Of a stretch of 26,239 nucleotides of DNA, positions 25,589 through 26,239 are shown one piece after another. Source of the DNA: a virus. Lineage: Duplodnaviria; Caudoviricetes. Location: the IMG/VR virus record IMGVR_UViG_3300049999_000454, positions 1-26,239 of that record. One strand, written 5' to 3'. The notes under the pieces are model-generated. The model did not search any database. It was not told where the DNA came from and saw nothing but the letters and a program-made list of their open reading frames with translations. Numbering within the stretch: position 1 is the stretch's first letter; each line of letters starts with the position of its first letter. A program made the translations under genes and the position numbers.

Positions 25589-26239
25589 ATGACAATCTCT
25601 TCCACGACCAGCAAAGACCAGCACAACGGAAATGGCTCGGCAACGTCGTTTAATTATACTTTTAAAATCCAGGACCAAGCTCACCTGGAGGTGACCAAAA
25701 CCAACACTGCCGGCGCAGATACGGTTCTCACCATTACAACGGATTATACGGTCACGGGTGTTGATAATGATTCTGGCGGGTCCATCACCTATCCGGTGTT
25801 AGGTGCTGCCCTGGCGTCTGGAGAAAAGCTGACTATTCGGCGCATGATGGATTTTCTCCAAACCACGGACCTTCAAAATCAGGGCGGTTTCTTTGCAGAA
25901 GTGCATGAAGACGTTTTTGATCGCCAAACAATCTATGCGCTTCAGAGCCAAGAGGAACTGGACCGATCCATCAAAGCGCCCGTAACCGATTCCGCTGTCG
26001 ATATGACCTTGCCAATAAAGGCGGATCGATTGGGGACTGTCCTAGCTTTTAATGTCACCACAGGTGCGCCTGAAGCGGGGCCAACAATTGCCAACGCGAA
26101 TACTGTCGCCGGCATTTCTGCGGACATTTCAACGGTAGCCGGGATTTCAAGTGTTGTCACCGCAGTCGCAGCAGATGCAACGGACATCGGGTTGGTGGCC
26201 GGTAAAGCAGCGCAGATAGGATTGCTCGGAACCACGGAT
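25589..26239 (+). CDS. Tail fibre protein, N-terminal part (T7 gp17-type anchor), 3'-truncated; not in the ORF track
   Basis: GAGG precedes ATG 25589. MTISSTTSK..HNGNGSATSFNYTFKI...TDYTVTGV...GGSIT...LTIRR...LQTTDLQNQGGFFAEVHEDVFDR; the frame stays open to the window end. Confidence 0.88.
   Translation, partial: MTISSTTSKDQHNGNGSATSFNYTFKIQDQAHLEVTKTNTAGADTVLTITTDYTVTGVDNDSGGSITYPVLGAALASGEKLTIRRMMDFLQTTDLQNQGGFFAEVHEDVFDRQTIYALQSQEELDRSIKAPVTDSAVDMTLPIKADRLGTVLAFNVTTGAPEAGPTIANANTVAGISADISTVAGISSVVTAVAADATDIGLVAGKAAQIGLLGTTD

Noticed and set aside
25589-26239. BPP-1-type diversity-generating retroelement
   Set aside because: No reverse transcriptase and no TR/VR pair with adenine-specific mismatches in the window; the relevant region would lie downstream.

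Overview
Packaging and virion-morphogenesis region of a short-tailed (podovirus-type) dsDNA phage or prophage, with gene order and motifs like Bordetella phage BPP-1 and Salmonella epsilon15 and a T7-type tail/ejectosome. On the + strand: two small genes, terS, terL, two tandem paralogous polyproline 'MC...KTLLG' proteins, portal, Bbp19-like protein, scaffold, major capsid, Bbp16-like cement, a 58-aa ORF missed by the track, tail adaptor, nozzle, GNAT-like gp13 analogue, three ejection-type proteins, and a tail fibre truncated by the window end. A four-gene - strand accessory operon with a near-consensus sigma70 promoter and a palindromic operator sits just upstream of terS. The most unusual element is the 3825-aa third ejection protein. 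It carries about 1760 aa of cargo modules: an AT-rich orphan module, a Cys-rich Gp88-like (radical-SAM-related) domain and a split ExQSDW-motif domain. Each module is bounded by a hydrophobic-hydrophobic-Gln motif (YLQ, YYQ, FFQ, IYQ), and the last is followed directly by an HExxH zincin domain. This suggests a virion-delivered, possibly self-processing effector polyprotein. All family assignments come from motif recognition and synteny; no searches were run. The host cannot be determined from this window. I saw no tRNA, rRNA, CRISPR array, integrase or IS element.
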